In this document: positions 11,325-24,275 of the stretch, piece by piece | How the letters are laid out: each line of letters begins with the position of its first letter | Position numbering within the stretch: the stretch's first letter is position 1 | From: Octopus sinensis | Lineage: Eukaryota | Reading direction: 5' to 3' | Length of the DNA: 64,000 nucleotides | Assembly: GCF_006345805.1 (NCBI RefSeq) | Contig: NC_042997.1 | Span: 137,454,001-137,518,000 of the forward strand | Made by a program: the position numbers and the translations under genes | The notes under the pieces: model-generated | Database searches by the model: none | What the model was told of the DNA's origin: nothing | What the model saw: only the letters and a program-made list of their open reading frames with translations

Positions 11325-11809
11325 CCATCCGTTCGTGTCCGCTGTCAGCCTCGTCTGGCACCCGTGCCGGTGATACGTAAAAGCATCATTCGCTCATGGC
11401 CGTTTGCCAGCTCTGCCTGGTCCCGTGTCGGTGGCACGTAAAAGCACCATCCGTTCGTGTTCGTTGCCAGCCTCGCCTGGCCCCGTGCCGGTGACACGTA
11501 AAAGCACCGTCCGTTCGTGGCCGTTTGCCAGCTCTGTCTGGCCCCGTGTCGGTGGCACATAAAAGCACCATCCGTCCGTGTCCGTTGCCAGCCTCGGCTG
11601 GCCCCCGTGCCGGTGACACGTAAAAGCACCGTCCGCTCGTGGCCGTTTGCCAGCTCTGTCTGGCCCCGTGTCGGTGGCACGTAAAAGCACCATCCGTTCG
11701 TGTCCGTTGCCAGCATCGCCTGGCCCCGTGCCGGTGACACGTAAAAGCACCATCCGTTCGTGGCCGTTCGCCAGTTCTGTCTGGCACCTGTGCAGGTGGC
11801 ACGTAAAAA
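11325..11809 (+). repeat. Eight ~60-bp units alternating A/B (4 x ~120-bp dimer) in the RTE 3' UTR
   Basis: A = ccatccgttcgtgtccgttgccagcctcgcctggccccgtgccggtgacacgtaaaag; B = ccgtccgttcgtggccgtttgccagctctgtctggccccgtgtcggtggcacgtaaaag. Confidence 0.92.
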
Positions 11810-13525
11810 ACACCCACTACACTCGCGGAGTGGTTGGCGTTAGGAAGGGCATCCAGCCGTAGAAACACTGCCAGATCTGACTGGGCCTGACGAAGCCTTC
11901 CAGCTTCACAGACCCCAGTTGACCCGTCCAACCCATGCTAGCATGGAAAGCGGACGCTAAACGATGATGATGATGATTAAGTGGGGGCAAAACATATATG
12001 GTTAATACAGAACTTAAAGAATAACCAAAATATATAAAAGCGGTGCTGTCATAAGGCCTGGTACACTGAGCAGTTGGTTGGTGGCTCATGAAACTATGAA
12101 TCCAGTGCTAACCTATGTATGCTGTAGCTCGTTGTCAGTAAATAACTTTGATAGGCCCTAGAGTATTGCTTTGGTTAGGGCTCTATAATGCTGTATATAT
12201 GGCTCTGTACTCAAGAGGATAATCCATAGAAGGAAGGACATGTAATTGTCTTGTGCTTAAGCTGAGAAGCAGTAAGTGAAAGCAAGTGAAGAGATAGGTG
12301 AAACAGGCAGAATCAAAGGGATGTGAGAAGTAGATTGCAAATAATAGTACAAAACAAAAGGAGATGACATAAAGCAATGAAGGGCAAGAGATTCAAGATT
12401 TTCATTAAGAGTGAGTTTAACATAGCATGAAGCAGTTTAATGAAGGGGAGTTGAAAGAAATCTTTTCAAAATATTCAATATCACTTATTTTTCCATGGTT
12501 GGATGGGTTCCAAAGCATCTCATCTCCTGTCATCTGGCAATACATATCAACTTCACAGTCACAGTCTTTACAACTGGACACTCATCTTTTGTCTAACCAC
12601 CTTATCGGAAGGATACTGGGAGCATTTTATGGTTCCACCAGCACTAATGAGATTGTTTATGGTAGGACTAAAGTGTCCCTGCCAGCCTACATTAGTTCTT
12701 ATTTGGTGTTACTACCTTCCTAACGGGTTGCCTACACCTATGATGTTCAAGTCAATTTTGTTTATCACTTCCTTATTGTCACACATGTGCATATATGTGC
12801 TCACTGAGCATTCTGTTACAACACTTATGGCAAGAAACATATAGCAAGTTATAGTAAGTTCACCAAACATGTTTACACATGCTATCTTTTCGAAGCAAAA
12901 CTTTCTTAACATCAATATAATAAATTTTCTCTACACCAATATTCACATCACTTAGTGAGGACTCCCACAAATACTAACAGTATGTACAAGATATATTCAC
13001 AAACTTTATTTTCTACACTATTATCTCAGTACTATAATTGACCACCTGTTTAATATTGGAATTAGGTTTTTTTTTATATCTGCTTTCCAGACCAGAAACC
13101 TGATACAGGTTATATTTCAATCCTAAAGAAGACAAGTATCTTAGATTCTCAGAAATACAGAAACTGGACTAGATATATAGAAATTAGATGAAGCCAGTTC
13201 TATAAGATTATACAGGATAACTGTTAAATGAAGAACCAATTCAAAACCTCTGCTCTTTTGAATTTATTACTTTCACCTAAATACATCATCCTTACTGTAT
13301 CTCACCTACATCCAGACTCAATACTAAACAATTTTTCTAATATTGTTTACCTATCTCACTAGAACCATCAATGTGGTCTCTCTAATTATGAACTTTCACC
13401 CCTACTGCAAATCAAATCAAATGATAATCTCATTCAGACATTTTTATTATTACAGGATCCCCAGTGCTCAACTAATCCTTAATTTATTGACCTTGAAAGG
13501 ATGAAAGGCAAAATCAACCTCAGTG

Positions 13526-13572
<47 letters not shown>

Positions 13573-13822
13573 GATTTGGATATATCGAAGAATCCTAACA
13601 AACTTACCAACATAAAGAGATATAGTCTCAAAACATAAAAAATACCAGAAATTGATGATTAAAAAAACATTCAGACAAATACAAAACCAAAACACCGAGA
13701 TTTACGAATGTATATAATACAGAAAATAGCACCACTAAACACTGTGCACATCCTACATAAAGCACTTTCAATACAGTTTTAAAGATAAGAACACCACAAT
13801 AAACCAAAAATATACAACTTAC

Positions 13823-13929
13823 TTTTCTTCCACAGTTGGAATTTTACCATCGTGTACAGACATGTAATGTTTTTCCAAGGCATCTTGAGAGGGTAATGGT
13901 TTTTTGCAAAGTGGACATAGGAAACCTTC
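13823..13929 (-). CDS. EEA1: EEA1-like exon, C2H2 zinc finger 2 (EGFLCPLCKKPLPSQDALEKHYMSVHDGKIPTVEE), phase 0-2
   Basis: Acceptor aaatctttttAG, donor GTAAGT at 13822-13817, 107 nt. C-x2-C-x12-H-x4-H. It supplies exactly the 0-to-2 phase change needed to join the next exon. The ORF track shows only a different frame here. Confidence 0.9.
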
Positions 13930-14525
13930 CTAAAAAGATTTAAAAAATAAAAAAAGGATTTTATCCATAAGCATAAACATTTAGATACAGTAGTTAATAA
14001 CAAAGAGAAATTGTTCTAATTGTGTATAAAAGATGAGCAATGGTTTATTGACTAAGAACTTACTGTTATAATAGAGATATCAAATGATTTCTCTTGTATA
14101 CACTTACTGAAGAATAATTAATTGTTAAAGCAAATAAGCTTCGCTTTGCTAAAAAGTACAATTTTAATTATTTTTATCAATTAAACATTTTCTCAGTTCA
14201 GTACAATAAGTATGTTAACCTTCACAAAAGTATAAGTTTGTCATGCAGAATGTATCTCTGGGAAATTTCCTATTGTCAATATTTTAAGTTACCAAGTTAG
14301 TGAATGTTTTTTTTTTCAGTCAAATTTTTATATGACTCAAGCACCAAAAATCTGGTATGCATGAGTAATACTAGGCTTTATTGAGCATTTTCCCTTTCTT
14401 TATTGAAAATTGTCACAAGCAAGGCCACAGACCGCTTCTAGATGTGACATTAATACCATAAAAGCCCTATATATCTATGCATATATATGAGAAAGCAATA
14501 AAATAATTGATAAAATATGTAAATA

Positions 14526-14745
14526 ATCATCATCATCATCGTTTAACGTCCGTTTTCCGCGCTAGCACACGTTGGACAGTTCGACCGGGTCTGGGAAGCC
14601 AGGGGCTGCACCAGGCTCCAGTCTGATCTGGCAGTGTTTCTACAGCTGGATGCCCTTCCTAACGCCAACCACTCCGCGAGTGTAGTGAATGCTTTTTACG
14701 TGCCACCTGCACAGGTGCCAGGGGGGTCTGGCATCGGCCACGATC
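14526..14745 (-). mobile_element. RTE 3' terminal fragment
   Basis: Reverse complement of the 11783-11977 tail (catcatcatcgtttaacgtccg...cttcctaacgccaaccactccgcgag). Confidence 0.88.
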
Positions 14746-15414
14746 GAAAATACGAAATAATAAATACAGTAAAGGTGTTAATAAAAATAAATAAAATGAG
14801 ATGATAAATAGAAGATCTGATAAAAATATCAAAATGAACAAAACTGCCAGCATTAATATGAATGTCTGGAGTAGGCATAGTACTTAACATAAGATCAACT
14901 TCACTTCCTGTCACTACTCAAGTTATTTCTTGACATTTTGACAAGAATTAATACTTGAAGCTAATGTCTGTTTATTACAGCTGTAATTTTCATTAATTAA
15001 ACACTTTTTAGGCTCATACATTAAGTATATTAGTCCCCAATTAATAAAGGATGTTTATTTATTGTATTAGTGTTTGAATTGTCGCTATTTTAGTAATAAT
15101 AAATTTCTCTTTCTCAGTAGCAATTTTCTGCCTCTCACCTTCTGTCTTTACCTGCCTATTTGTCTTGGAATTTTGTCTCACATTAGCTATAAATCTAACT
15201 GCTTTGCATCCTCTAATTCTTTCTTCAGTTACCTGATTCTGACCCCTCCAATGCATTAGCCACTTCTAACATTTATTAGTTCTTTTCTTCCTTCTTGTTC
15301 CTGTTCTCCCATGCACACTCAGCATCGTATTTGATATCTAAGAACTTTACACAAAAATACTATAATAAAACTAATGACAGCTAAAGAGGATTAAGAACTT
15401 CCCGGAATACTTAC

Positions 15415-15519
15415 ACCACCATCAGCATAATCTCTTTTGACAACATTGTGTTCTTGGAAATGGTTCTGAAGGATTTCTGCTGAATTAAATGTTTTCATAC
15501 ACTGAGGACAAATGAAACC
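15415..15519 (-). CDS. EEA1: EEA1-like exon, C2H2 zinc finger 1 (GFICPQCMKTFNSAEILQNHFQEHNVVKRDYADGG), phase 0-0
   Basis: Acceptor tattttttcAG, donor GTAAGT at 15414-15409, 105 nt. C-x2-C-x12-H-x3-H; GFICPQCMK matches the recalled vertebrate EEA1 finger start. Confidence 0.9.
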
Positions 15520-17363
15520 CTGAAAAAATACATCATAAATATATAAATAAAAAAACAAACTTTTAATGAGCTCAATTATCATCATTGACTTAACACTAAT
15601 CTGTGTCCCAGTTGACCAGAAATAATGTTGATGAAAAAGAGATTTTATTATGTTCTAGCTACTTATCTGGCTCCAGGTACAATAGCTGCAAGAAGATTAC
15701 ATAACCTCAGTCATTTCTATTATTATAACAAATGGTTACCACATTTGATAAAAACATTTTTTTTCTATTGAACAATCTATATTATATTTTCATTCAAACC
15801 TATATTGCTATATCATATGTTAACCCATTAGTATTCATATTACTCTGTCAAATATAATGTTCGATTATATAAATTGTTTTGAATTTATCAAGCACTATCT
15901 TGTAGTTTAGAGGCATTGTGATTGTTTAATTTTAGAATGACATTGCAGGGTTGAGGTGAAAAGCCAGATCTGACCAGTTTCAACATAAAACAGGTTAAAT
16001 ATTTTGGCCAGATATGGTCAGTTTGAATGCTAAAGGATTAATCATGCATTACCTTGTAGCTTTGAGATTAACAACAAAGTGACTGTTTATTTGTAGAATG
16101 ATATTATAGGGTAGGTATGAGACTGAATCAAGTTGATTTGAACATAACAGAAGTAGAATATTTGGGCCGGATACGGCCAGTTTAAATGCTATTTCTATTT
16201 ACTGTTGCAGAAGAAGAGATAAGAATTTGGTCTGACAGTGTTGCTGCTGTTTAGCCCCAAGCCAACCCTGGTGCTAAACAAGCAAATCCATAGGCTAGAG
16301 CATTTCCTTAAATTGTTGCATTGTAAAAAATGAGTATAAAACTGCTTCTGTATTCTAGCATCCCCCTAAAGATTCTTTGCAACTCTTTCTGGATATTTTC
16401 TCAGTAATGGGTACTAGCTTATCCAAAAACGTTACTTGTGGGGAAATTACCAGACTATCTGGTGTAATGTTAGATGCAATACCAAGTAGTTAGTAAGTAG
16501 AATGTTCTCACACATAAGGTTCTTACAATATTACTATCCTCTTTTGCTCGTTAATTTTAGAAATTTCACTTAATGTATACATACATCTCAATATAGATAA
16601 AGATTACATCAATCCTGTTACTTGACTGGTATTTTATTTATCAACCCCAAAAGGATGAAAGGCAAAATTAACCTCAGCAGAATTTGAACTCAGATGATAA
16701 AGAGCTAAAACTAATGATGCAAAGTATTTTTTTCTGATGTGCAAGGAATTCTGCCTGCTGATCTGATTTTTCTATATTGGTTTAGATTTATGGGTTTACA
16801 TCTCAGCTGTGTATCATCTCATTTAAAGTTCAATATTCTGATCTAACAACTTTTTCCATAATCTTTCTAGGTTTACCTCAACTGCAGATATTCTCTAACA
16901 TCAACACAACACTTTTTCACCCAGAATGTTAATATTTGTAAACATGGGAATCCTTAAAATAATATTTTGTGAAAATATTCCTTCTATTTTTCAATATGCA
17001 CCAGTAATAGAAGTGTGAGGCAAAAGGACTGTAAGGACCTAAAGAGCAAAAGTTCAACTGCCACCACAATGTAATTGCAGAAAGCTATAAGAATCTGTAA
17101 AACAGTGTTCAAATGATTCACAGAATCAGCTAACCCAACCTAATGTGAACAAATGGATTTAGTAACTGTCAGAGTTTAGTTATATGTATATAAACCAAAT
17201 GGCAGTATTTCCTTGAATTTTTACTTTCATAACCATTTAAATAGTGTCCTTCAATGACTCAAAGTCACTGAAAAAATACAGCAAACATCACTGTATGAGG
17301 GTGAGCCAGAAAGTAAACGCAAATAAAAACTGCATTATCTTCTGACTTTGTAACCAAGCTTTT

Positions 17364-17620
17364 ATCATCATCATCATCAACATTTAGCATTTGTTTTCCA
17401 TGCTGGTATGGTTGGTCAGCTTCACAGGAACTGGGAAGGTTAGGGGCTGCACCAGGTTCTATAGTCTGTTTTGGTTTCTGTGGCTGGATACTCTTCCTAA
17501 AGTCAATCACTCCACAAAGTGTATTGGGCACTTTTTACGTGGCACCATCACCAGTGCTTTTTACATGGCACTAGCACTAGTGCTTTTTAATTACGTGGCA
17601 CCATCACCAATGATTTCATC
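17364..17620 (-). mobile_element. Diverged RTE 3' terminal fragment
   Basis: catcatcatcatcaacatttagcatttgttttccatgctgg...ttttacgtggcacc. Confidence 0.75.
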
Positions 17621-18129
17621 ATTAGCACATTTGTTTCACTGATGATGGGGTCTTTCAATTTACTTGTGCCACATTCCTGCTCATAAATCTCTTAATTCTT
17701 CATTAGGCCTTATAATGTGAGAACATTTTTTTTATTTAAGAATATGAAGAACACATTGCAAATGAAACTTGTCCAGCATATCTAAGATTCTTGATTTCCT
17801 TATTTAACCATCTGCATGACATTGCAACACTTCTGACAAAAAAATACATACAACATTATATGGAGATGACATCATAGTTACATTTTGCTACTATCCCAAG
17901 GCACAGCTACATAACTTCTCTAAGTCTGCAATCAACCACCTAGAAATCTATCTTGAAAAACAATAAACTTAAAACAACACCTTTCAGACCACCCCCAACT
18001 CACTTCTTATTAGCAATGCTAGAGAACATCAGCTATAACCAACCATCATATTCAACAGCATGTCATGCACAAACATACAAGGAGTTACATACTATTGAAT
18101 ATAAGCAATGCATTAGATTAATCGTGGTG

Positions 18130-18210
18130 GAGTCTGGTTCGCCAGACCTCAGTCAAATCGTCCAACCCATGCTAGCATGGAAAGCGGACGTTAAACAATG
18201 ATGATGATGA
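18130..18210 (+). mobile_element. Short RTE 3' terminal fragment
   Basis: cgtccaacccatgctagcatggaaagcggacgttaaacaatgatgatgatg. Confidence 0.8.
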
Positions 18211-19565
18211 ATGCCAATCCTGTTTGAAAAATTTGTCCAATCTTCCTACAATAAATCATAATAAACTACAAAGAAACCAAAACAGTTTAATTCACATTCT
18301 CATAAGCAATGCACAAACCACATCTTTAGACTTGTAATCTGTAATTTTAACCACCTTGTAAAATAAAAGGCAGGCTGTTCTGTAACAGGCCATTATGTGT
18401 AAGTACATGACTCTCATTATCTACTGTAATTCTACTGTTAGTAATTGATACAATTACAGAATATCCAATACTTTGCAGACCCACTGTACAATAAAACAAA
18501 AATATTAAATATAAAAGGCCAACAGGGTATGTGATAAAGTACAGGTTGTTATTTCAAATGCTTGCTCTCACAATACATACCACTCTATGTACTATCATTC
18601 CAAAAAGAGTACGCTACAATAGCATCCTAAAAATACAATCATACAAAACTAGCAGCAGCATCAATAGCCTCATTATATATATATATACAATGTGCCGAGA
18701 TGACTAGTTTCGATTGTAAATGCATAGGAACAGCAACAACTGAATTCAAATCAAATTTACTTTCCAACCTCTGGGTGGCTACTACTAGATTCTAGATCTA
18801 GAGAGCCAATGCTATTACTTGACTTTTCAAGAAATAGCAGTCACACTTCCATCAAGCTACACCCTATTGTTTTAAAAAAATGGAAGGATTTACTTAAAAA
18901 TGTAGTCCTACAAACCCCTAAGAAAATGGGATGGGATGTCTTCACTGATAGATCTGCGTGATTAAGGCTGACCTGGGGCTTAGAGACAACAAGAAGCATT
19001 CAGGCAATAGTGAAGGTAGATAGTATAATAAACTCAGATTGCCACCATACATCACATGCAGTTAATCAGTGCATGTCAGAAGTGCAATATAGTCTTCAAC
19101 TTGATGGATGTATAACAACAAACCTAAGGATCAAAATAATCATTTGGCCAATGACCTACATGCTATAGGTCTGCCAGATTAGATACGCAACCATCACATA
19201 AGGATATAAATTATCACCCTCAAAAGACTACAAAATAACATAACATTGATTTCTTATATATGATTAAGGCCTTAACACTTAAGCATTTAAGCCAGCCATA
19301 TCCAGCTTAAGATATTCCGTTCCATGTTAAAAACTAGCCTTTCACACCTATCTGACAATGTCATTCAAAACATAAACAATCACTTCATTGAAATCTCAGG
19401 GCTACAAGATAATGGATGATTAATTTAAAACAATGTGAATAAATAGGCATTACATTTGAGTAATCTGAATGCTAAACGTTAAATGAGTAGAGAGGAAATG
19501 AAATGTTATGTTGTGACAGTCATGTATTTCCTAATAGAACATTACTTTCTCTAAACAAAAATCAG

Positions 19566-19862
19566 TGGAGGCACATGGCTTAGTGGTTAGGGTGTTGGAC
19601 TCATGATCGTAAGATTGTGGTTTTGATTTCTGGACTGGGCAATGTGTTGTGTTCTTGAGCAAAACACTTCACTTCATGTTGCTCCAGTCCACTCAGCAGA
19701 AGAAATGAGTACCACTAGGCATGTAACTTAGTGGTTAAGGTGTTGGATTCACAACCGTAAGATTGTGATTTTGATCTCTGAACCAGGCGATCTATTGTGT
19801 TCTTCAGCAAAACACTTCGTTTCACATTGCTCCAGTCCACTCAGCTGTAGAAATGAGTTTAG
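19566..19862 (+). mobile_element. Two tandem heads of a tRNA-derived SINE, family 2
   Basis: ggcacatggcttagtggttagggtgttggactca...ttgctccagtccactcagc occurs twice; related copies at ~32940-33125 (+) and ~40375-40712 (-). Confidence 0.7.
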
Positions 19863-19988
19863 CTTGGAGAGAGATGGGCTCTGTAAGACTTTCGCACCCA
19901 AGATATGCTGCATGGCTGCAGTGCCCCAACGACCCCCAAGGGATTAATCAATGTCAAACAAAAATCTACTTAAATGGTTTCTCCTTAA

Positions 19989-20210
19989 CCCTTTTGTTAC
20001 CATATTTCTGGTGAAATACAGTTTTACTTTGAAATAATCTCCCAAAAATGAAGAATACAATAAAATAAATCAGCCATGTCATTATTTACCTGATGTTTGA
20101 AACAAATTAACATGAAAGTTTAATGAGAAATTTTAACTTCAATCACATTAAAACAGGAAATTTGTACCATAGAACCAGGAGCAGTCTTGGACAAGTTAGT
20201 ATCAAAAGGG
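19989..20210. mobile_element. piggyBac-type MITE
   Basis: TTAA|CCCTTTTG...CAAAAGGG|TTAA: TTAA duplications at 19985-19988 and 20211-20214, ~15-bp TIRs. Confidence 0.8.
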
Positions 20211-20237
20211 TTAATATGACAGGTATAGAAAATACAA

Positions 20238-20446
20238 TGAGCTGGCAGAATCATTAGCATTATGGGTAAAATGCTTAGCAGCATTTTGTCTGTCTTTACA
20301 TTCTGAGTTCAAATTCCACTGAGGTTGACTTTGCTTTTCATTCTTTCAGGGGACGATAAAATAAGTACTAGTTGAGCACTGGGGTTGATTTAAGCAACTT
20401 GCCTCCTCCCACCAGACTTGCTGGCTTTGTGCCCAAATTTTAAAGC
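20238..20446 (+). mobile_element. tRNA-derived SINE, family 1
   Basis: A-box-like tggcagaatcattagc, B-box-like gagttcaaattcc, and the conserved family body. Confidence 0.78.
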
Positions 20447-20759
20447 AGATATTCAGCAGCTAAGGATAATGCAATTTGTATAGACCACGAAGATCTGAAT
20501 TAAGATGCTCTATGAAAACTAGTTTGGTACCTTATATTTCTGAATTTGAATCAAGTTAGGGACAGAAGTTGGATGAAATTAAGGAAGAGACTACTGGAAA
20601 CAGCTGTAAGTCTAATTTACTACAATGAAGAAATAAGTAATGAGCATTATTTTTACCTTGTCTTATATATATATATATTATCCGAAAAGTATAGTATTAA
20701 ATATCCATCACAGCTGATCTTACCAATCAGTTTCATGTAAAGAATACAATGTAGTGTTA

Positions 20760-22240
20760 GGTAACAATCTGATTATATAACTTTACGCTCATCAGAGTTA
20801 GCCGATATGGAAGGGAATATGGCAACTGCTCTCTATTGTCGGAGGTGGATTAGCACCTGTGAAAGAAGGTGGTGAAAAAAAAGAGGCCAGGGGGATTAGG
20901 TTAAGAGTTATGTATGCTAAGCTGGTTAGGAGTTATGTATGCTAGGAGTTGGGTATGCTAAGCTGTTAAGAGTTATCTTGAAGTGGGGAAGATGTGTATT
21001 ATTATGTGTATTAAGATGTGTATTATTATGTGGTGCTTCTGTGAGGATGGCGTGTGTGATATCAGTAGTGGTGTCATATGCATAATTTTGCCAGACTCGA
21101 AGGCATTGGTGGAAAGTTGTTGGCAGAGGGTTGAGGAGAGGACCTGTGATTGCAGTCATGGTGGAGCATGCAGATACAATAGGATGTACTTCCTTTCATG
21201 CAGGCAAGGATTAAACACCTCACTCCTGCTATTCAGGTAGACATCCATGTGTTGGATACCTTTTAACATTGCTCACTTCTCAGCCAGGCATAATCTGCAC
21301 TTCCTGCTGCTATTGAAGTATGGTTTGCATTTTTCTAGGATCTTCCACTTCATGCTGTACTCTGTGGTGCTTTCTTTCAAAACTCAGATGTGGTTGGCTA
21401 GGGTTGTGGTGTTATGTCTCTATGGGATGTTGAAGGAGGACTTGTGGTCATTAAAGTGGCTTCTGAAGGGGCCTTCTGTTGCCCCCACATATTTTTTCAT
21501 GCTCGCTTGTCCATTGGGTCCTTTTGCTGTTACTTCTGCCTTGTAAACAACTGTTTCCGTATTGTAGTGGCTGTTCAGTGGACAAGTTGTGTTACCCCTG
21601 CATGAGCATCCTGCCTCCGCCTCAGGTGTGGGCCTACATACTAAAACTTTTTTTACACTAGGTGCACAGCTAAAGGATAATCTCAGGGTGTGTCTATTAA
21701 ATATTACACTGAATCTATTGATATGGGTGAAGTGTCTATCAACTAAACTAAGGAAGATCTTACCTACTCTGGTCTTAATGTTTAAAGAGAATGGTGGCAT
21801 GAACCACAGTACTTTTTAGTGGCGCTTCTCTTGGTGGGGCTAGGGTTCCGGTTGTAGTACAAAGCAGCAGCATTGAAGATCTCTTTGCTTGAAGACAAGC
21901 TGGAAATTCTCCTGCTGACACCTTTAACCAGGTTCCTGAACACTATGGCTGGATGGCAGGAACCTGTGTTAATGTAAGACAACTTCCTATTTGGTTTCCT
22001 AAAGGGCCTATAGGTACCAGATTCTAGGTCTAGGTCAAGGAAATCTACATTTTTCAGGTTGGTCTCTATAGTGACCTTCAGTCTGAAGGAGTTCATGGTG
22101 CTTGCGAGGTCCTCTCTGAGCCTATCTAGTGTGTGGCTGTTGGTGCCTCTTGATATTGCCAGTGTGTCATCCCTGTAGAGGCCAAAGCTAGTTGAAGGGA
22201 ATTTATTTTTTAGTATATCTAGGATGAAATACCAACTAGA
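20760..22240 (-). mobile_element. Decayed Penelope-like element (RT C-terminus plus GIY-YIG endonuclease)
   Basis: FGLYRDD near 22170; thumb VDFLDL..TYRPFRKPN..YINTGSCHP; GIY-YIG VVYKAEV..YVGATEGPF. Contains frameshifts. Confidence 0.88.
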
Positions 22241-23879
22241 TCACATATGTCTGCACTGTCAAAAGGACCCATAACCAGCTCAAAGAAGCCCTCTAAGTCA
22301 GTTTATTTGGCCCAGGCAGACCTCTTACTGAAGAGTAGAGTTCTTCTGGCATGCATAATGTGTATCACACACACATATATACACGCATCATCTTAGCTAT
22401 ATTTCACAAGTTTCAGTTAGCTGATTATATTGGAATTATCTCCCTTGCTTGTTTCTTTTTCAGATATTAAACACACCTGAGGAGTTTTTTTTGACTAATT
22501 GCATGGATAAAATCAGATGAATACTTTCTTCAACTCACTCTGTTACATATATGAGATGTATATTTTGTTGCAGAAAGGTTAGTCTCATAGTCACAATGTT
22601 TCAAACAAATAAAAATGTTTCTAAATAAAAAAAGAAGTACTAAGTTCTAACAAGAACCGACAGTGAACTCTCAGTTAAAAATATGCATTGATTTCTTTAA
22701 ACAATCTTGAATGATTCTGGCATTTACATGACATTTACCCATGCTGCCAAAAAGTTGATACATGGGAAATTTTATAAATTAGAAACTTTATTTCATTTAA
22801 GCACTTTTCTATTCAATTAGAACCATTCAAATATCCTGCATCAATACTGAAAAAAAAAAAAATTTAAGAAGTAACAAGTAAGTAGAGACTTCTAATAATA
22901 AGAGCAGTTATTTCTTTATGAAGTAGAATACATTTACAAGTATGAAAAGTGAAATAAAAATAAACACAAAATGCAAAGCATTAAGCAGTTCAAAAATTCA
23001 ATTAACTATAATTGTTGTTTAGCTGCAAGTCAATCATAGACTTATGGTCAATGGCAAGCTACTCATGATCATCCCATCATCTTGTTTCACACAATATATT
23101 TAAGATAGAATTGTTTTTACCACTTAGTAAAAGAGAGAAGAGCAGTATCCATGACTATTTATTTTCAGGGACTCTAAAACTGGTAGGAGAGAAGGAGGTT
23201 ATCTTTAAACTAGAGACAGTGTTTTAGGAGATTACATTATGTGAAATAATGTATTAAGACAATACAGAATACTGTATTAGGACAACATGATGTATGGAGT
23301 ATTGCATTAAAGACATCACAGCAATAGGAGCTGGAGCTTACAGTTTGTAGACTACCATGTTAGGGAGAGTTACAGTGCATGAAATACTCCATGATATATT
23401 GTGTGGAATATGGTGAGTGGTATGACAAGGTGTGGAATACTCAGAGAGTAACAACACAATGTGTGAAATCACAGTGTGTGGAATACTCTGTGAATGACAT
23501 CACAGTGAGTGGAATATTGTGTGATATAGAGTACGAAACATCATATTAAGAGAAAGGAATACTTGCAAATTTCTATAATACAAAATTTGTAGTAAGAGCA
23601 AGGGTGTGGAAAATTATTGAGGAAATTTTACAATTTGATATCATAATGGTAAATCTATTATAATACATTTTGCATCTAGGATATAAACTGACCTCATTAC
23701 TTGAGTGATATTTTATTTTATGGACTTTGGTTAGGAAAGTTCACTTTGAAGGGACTTGAATTCAGACTGTAAAAGGGCTGCGACTAAATGCTACTTGATA
23801 AGTCTTCTGACGCTGCTTATTTGTCATTATTTGATTTAAAAAGTACAGCAAAAATACCACCCTGCCACAAAAAAAGCAA

Positions 23880-24275
23880 ATACGTGTGGCTGTGTGGTAG
23901 AAGTTTGGTTCCCAACCACATGGTTCTGGGCTCAATACCACTGCATGGAACTTTGGGCAAGTGTCTTCTACCAAAGCCTTGTGAGTGGGTTTGGTAGATG
24001 GAAACTGAAAGAAGCCTGTTGTATGTGTGTGTGTGTGTATATATATATGATGCATATATCTATATGTGTGTGTGTGTCTTTGTATCTGTGTTTGTCTCCA
24101 AACCACCACTTGACAACTGGTGTTGGTGTGTTTACATCCCTGTAACTTAGCAGTCAGGCAAAAAAGACCAATAGAATAAGTCCAGGGGTTGATTATTTTG
24201 ACTAATAAAAAAAAAAAAACCCTTCAAGTGATGCCCCCGCATGGCCACAGTCAAATGACTGAAACAAGTAAAAGA
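23880..24275 (+). mobile_element. Full-length SINE, family 3 (tRNA-like head, central (TG/TA)n, CR1-like tail)
   Basis: gtggctgtgtggtagaagtttggttcccaaccacatggttc...gaaagaagcc, a microsatellite, then ...gcatggccacagtcaaatgactgaaacaagtaaaaga. Heads of the same family at ~31640-31815, 47315-47490 and 48385-48550. Confidence 0.78.

Larger units (their letters stand above)
7969..11977 (+). mobile_element. Near full-length RTE LINE including a 3' UTR repeat array and (GAT)n tail; antisense in an EEA1 intron
   Basis: ORF, then a ~60-bp repeat array, a conserved terminal ~170 bp and a gatgatgat tail. The 5' boundary is uncertain and no target-site duplication was found. Confidence 0.8.

Noticed and set aside
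11325-11809. Regular ~60-bp array as a CRISPR array
   Set aside because: There are no unique spacers; the units are contiguous alternating A/B repeats in a LINE 3' UTR of a eukaryotic genome.
11345-11931. Minus-strand ORFs of 131-181 aa (also 54674-55312)
   Set aside because: Artefacts of GC-rich, stop-poor tandem units; the peptides are just the repeat translated.
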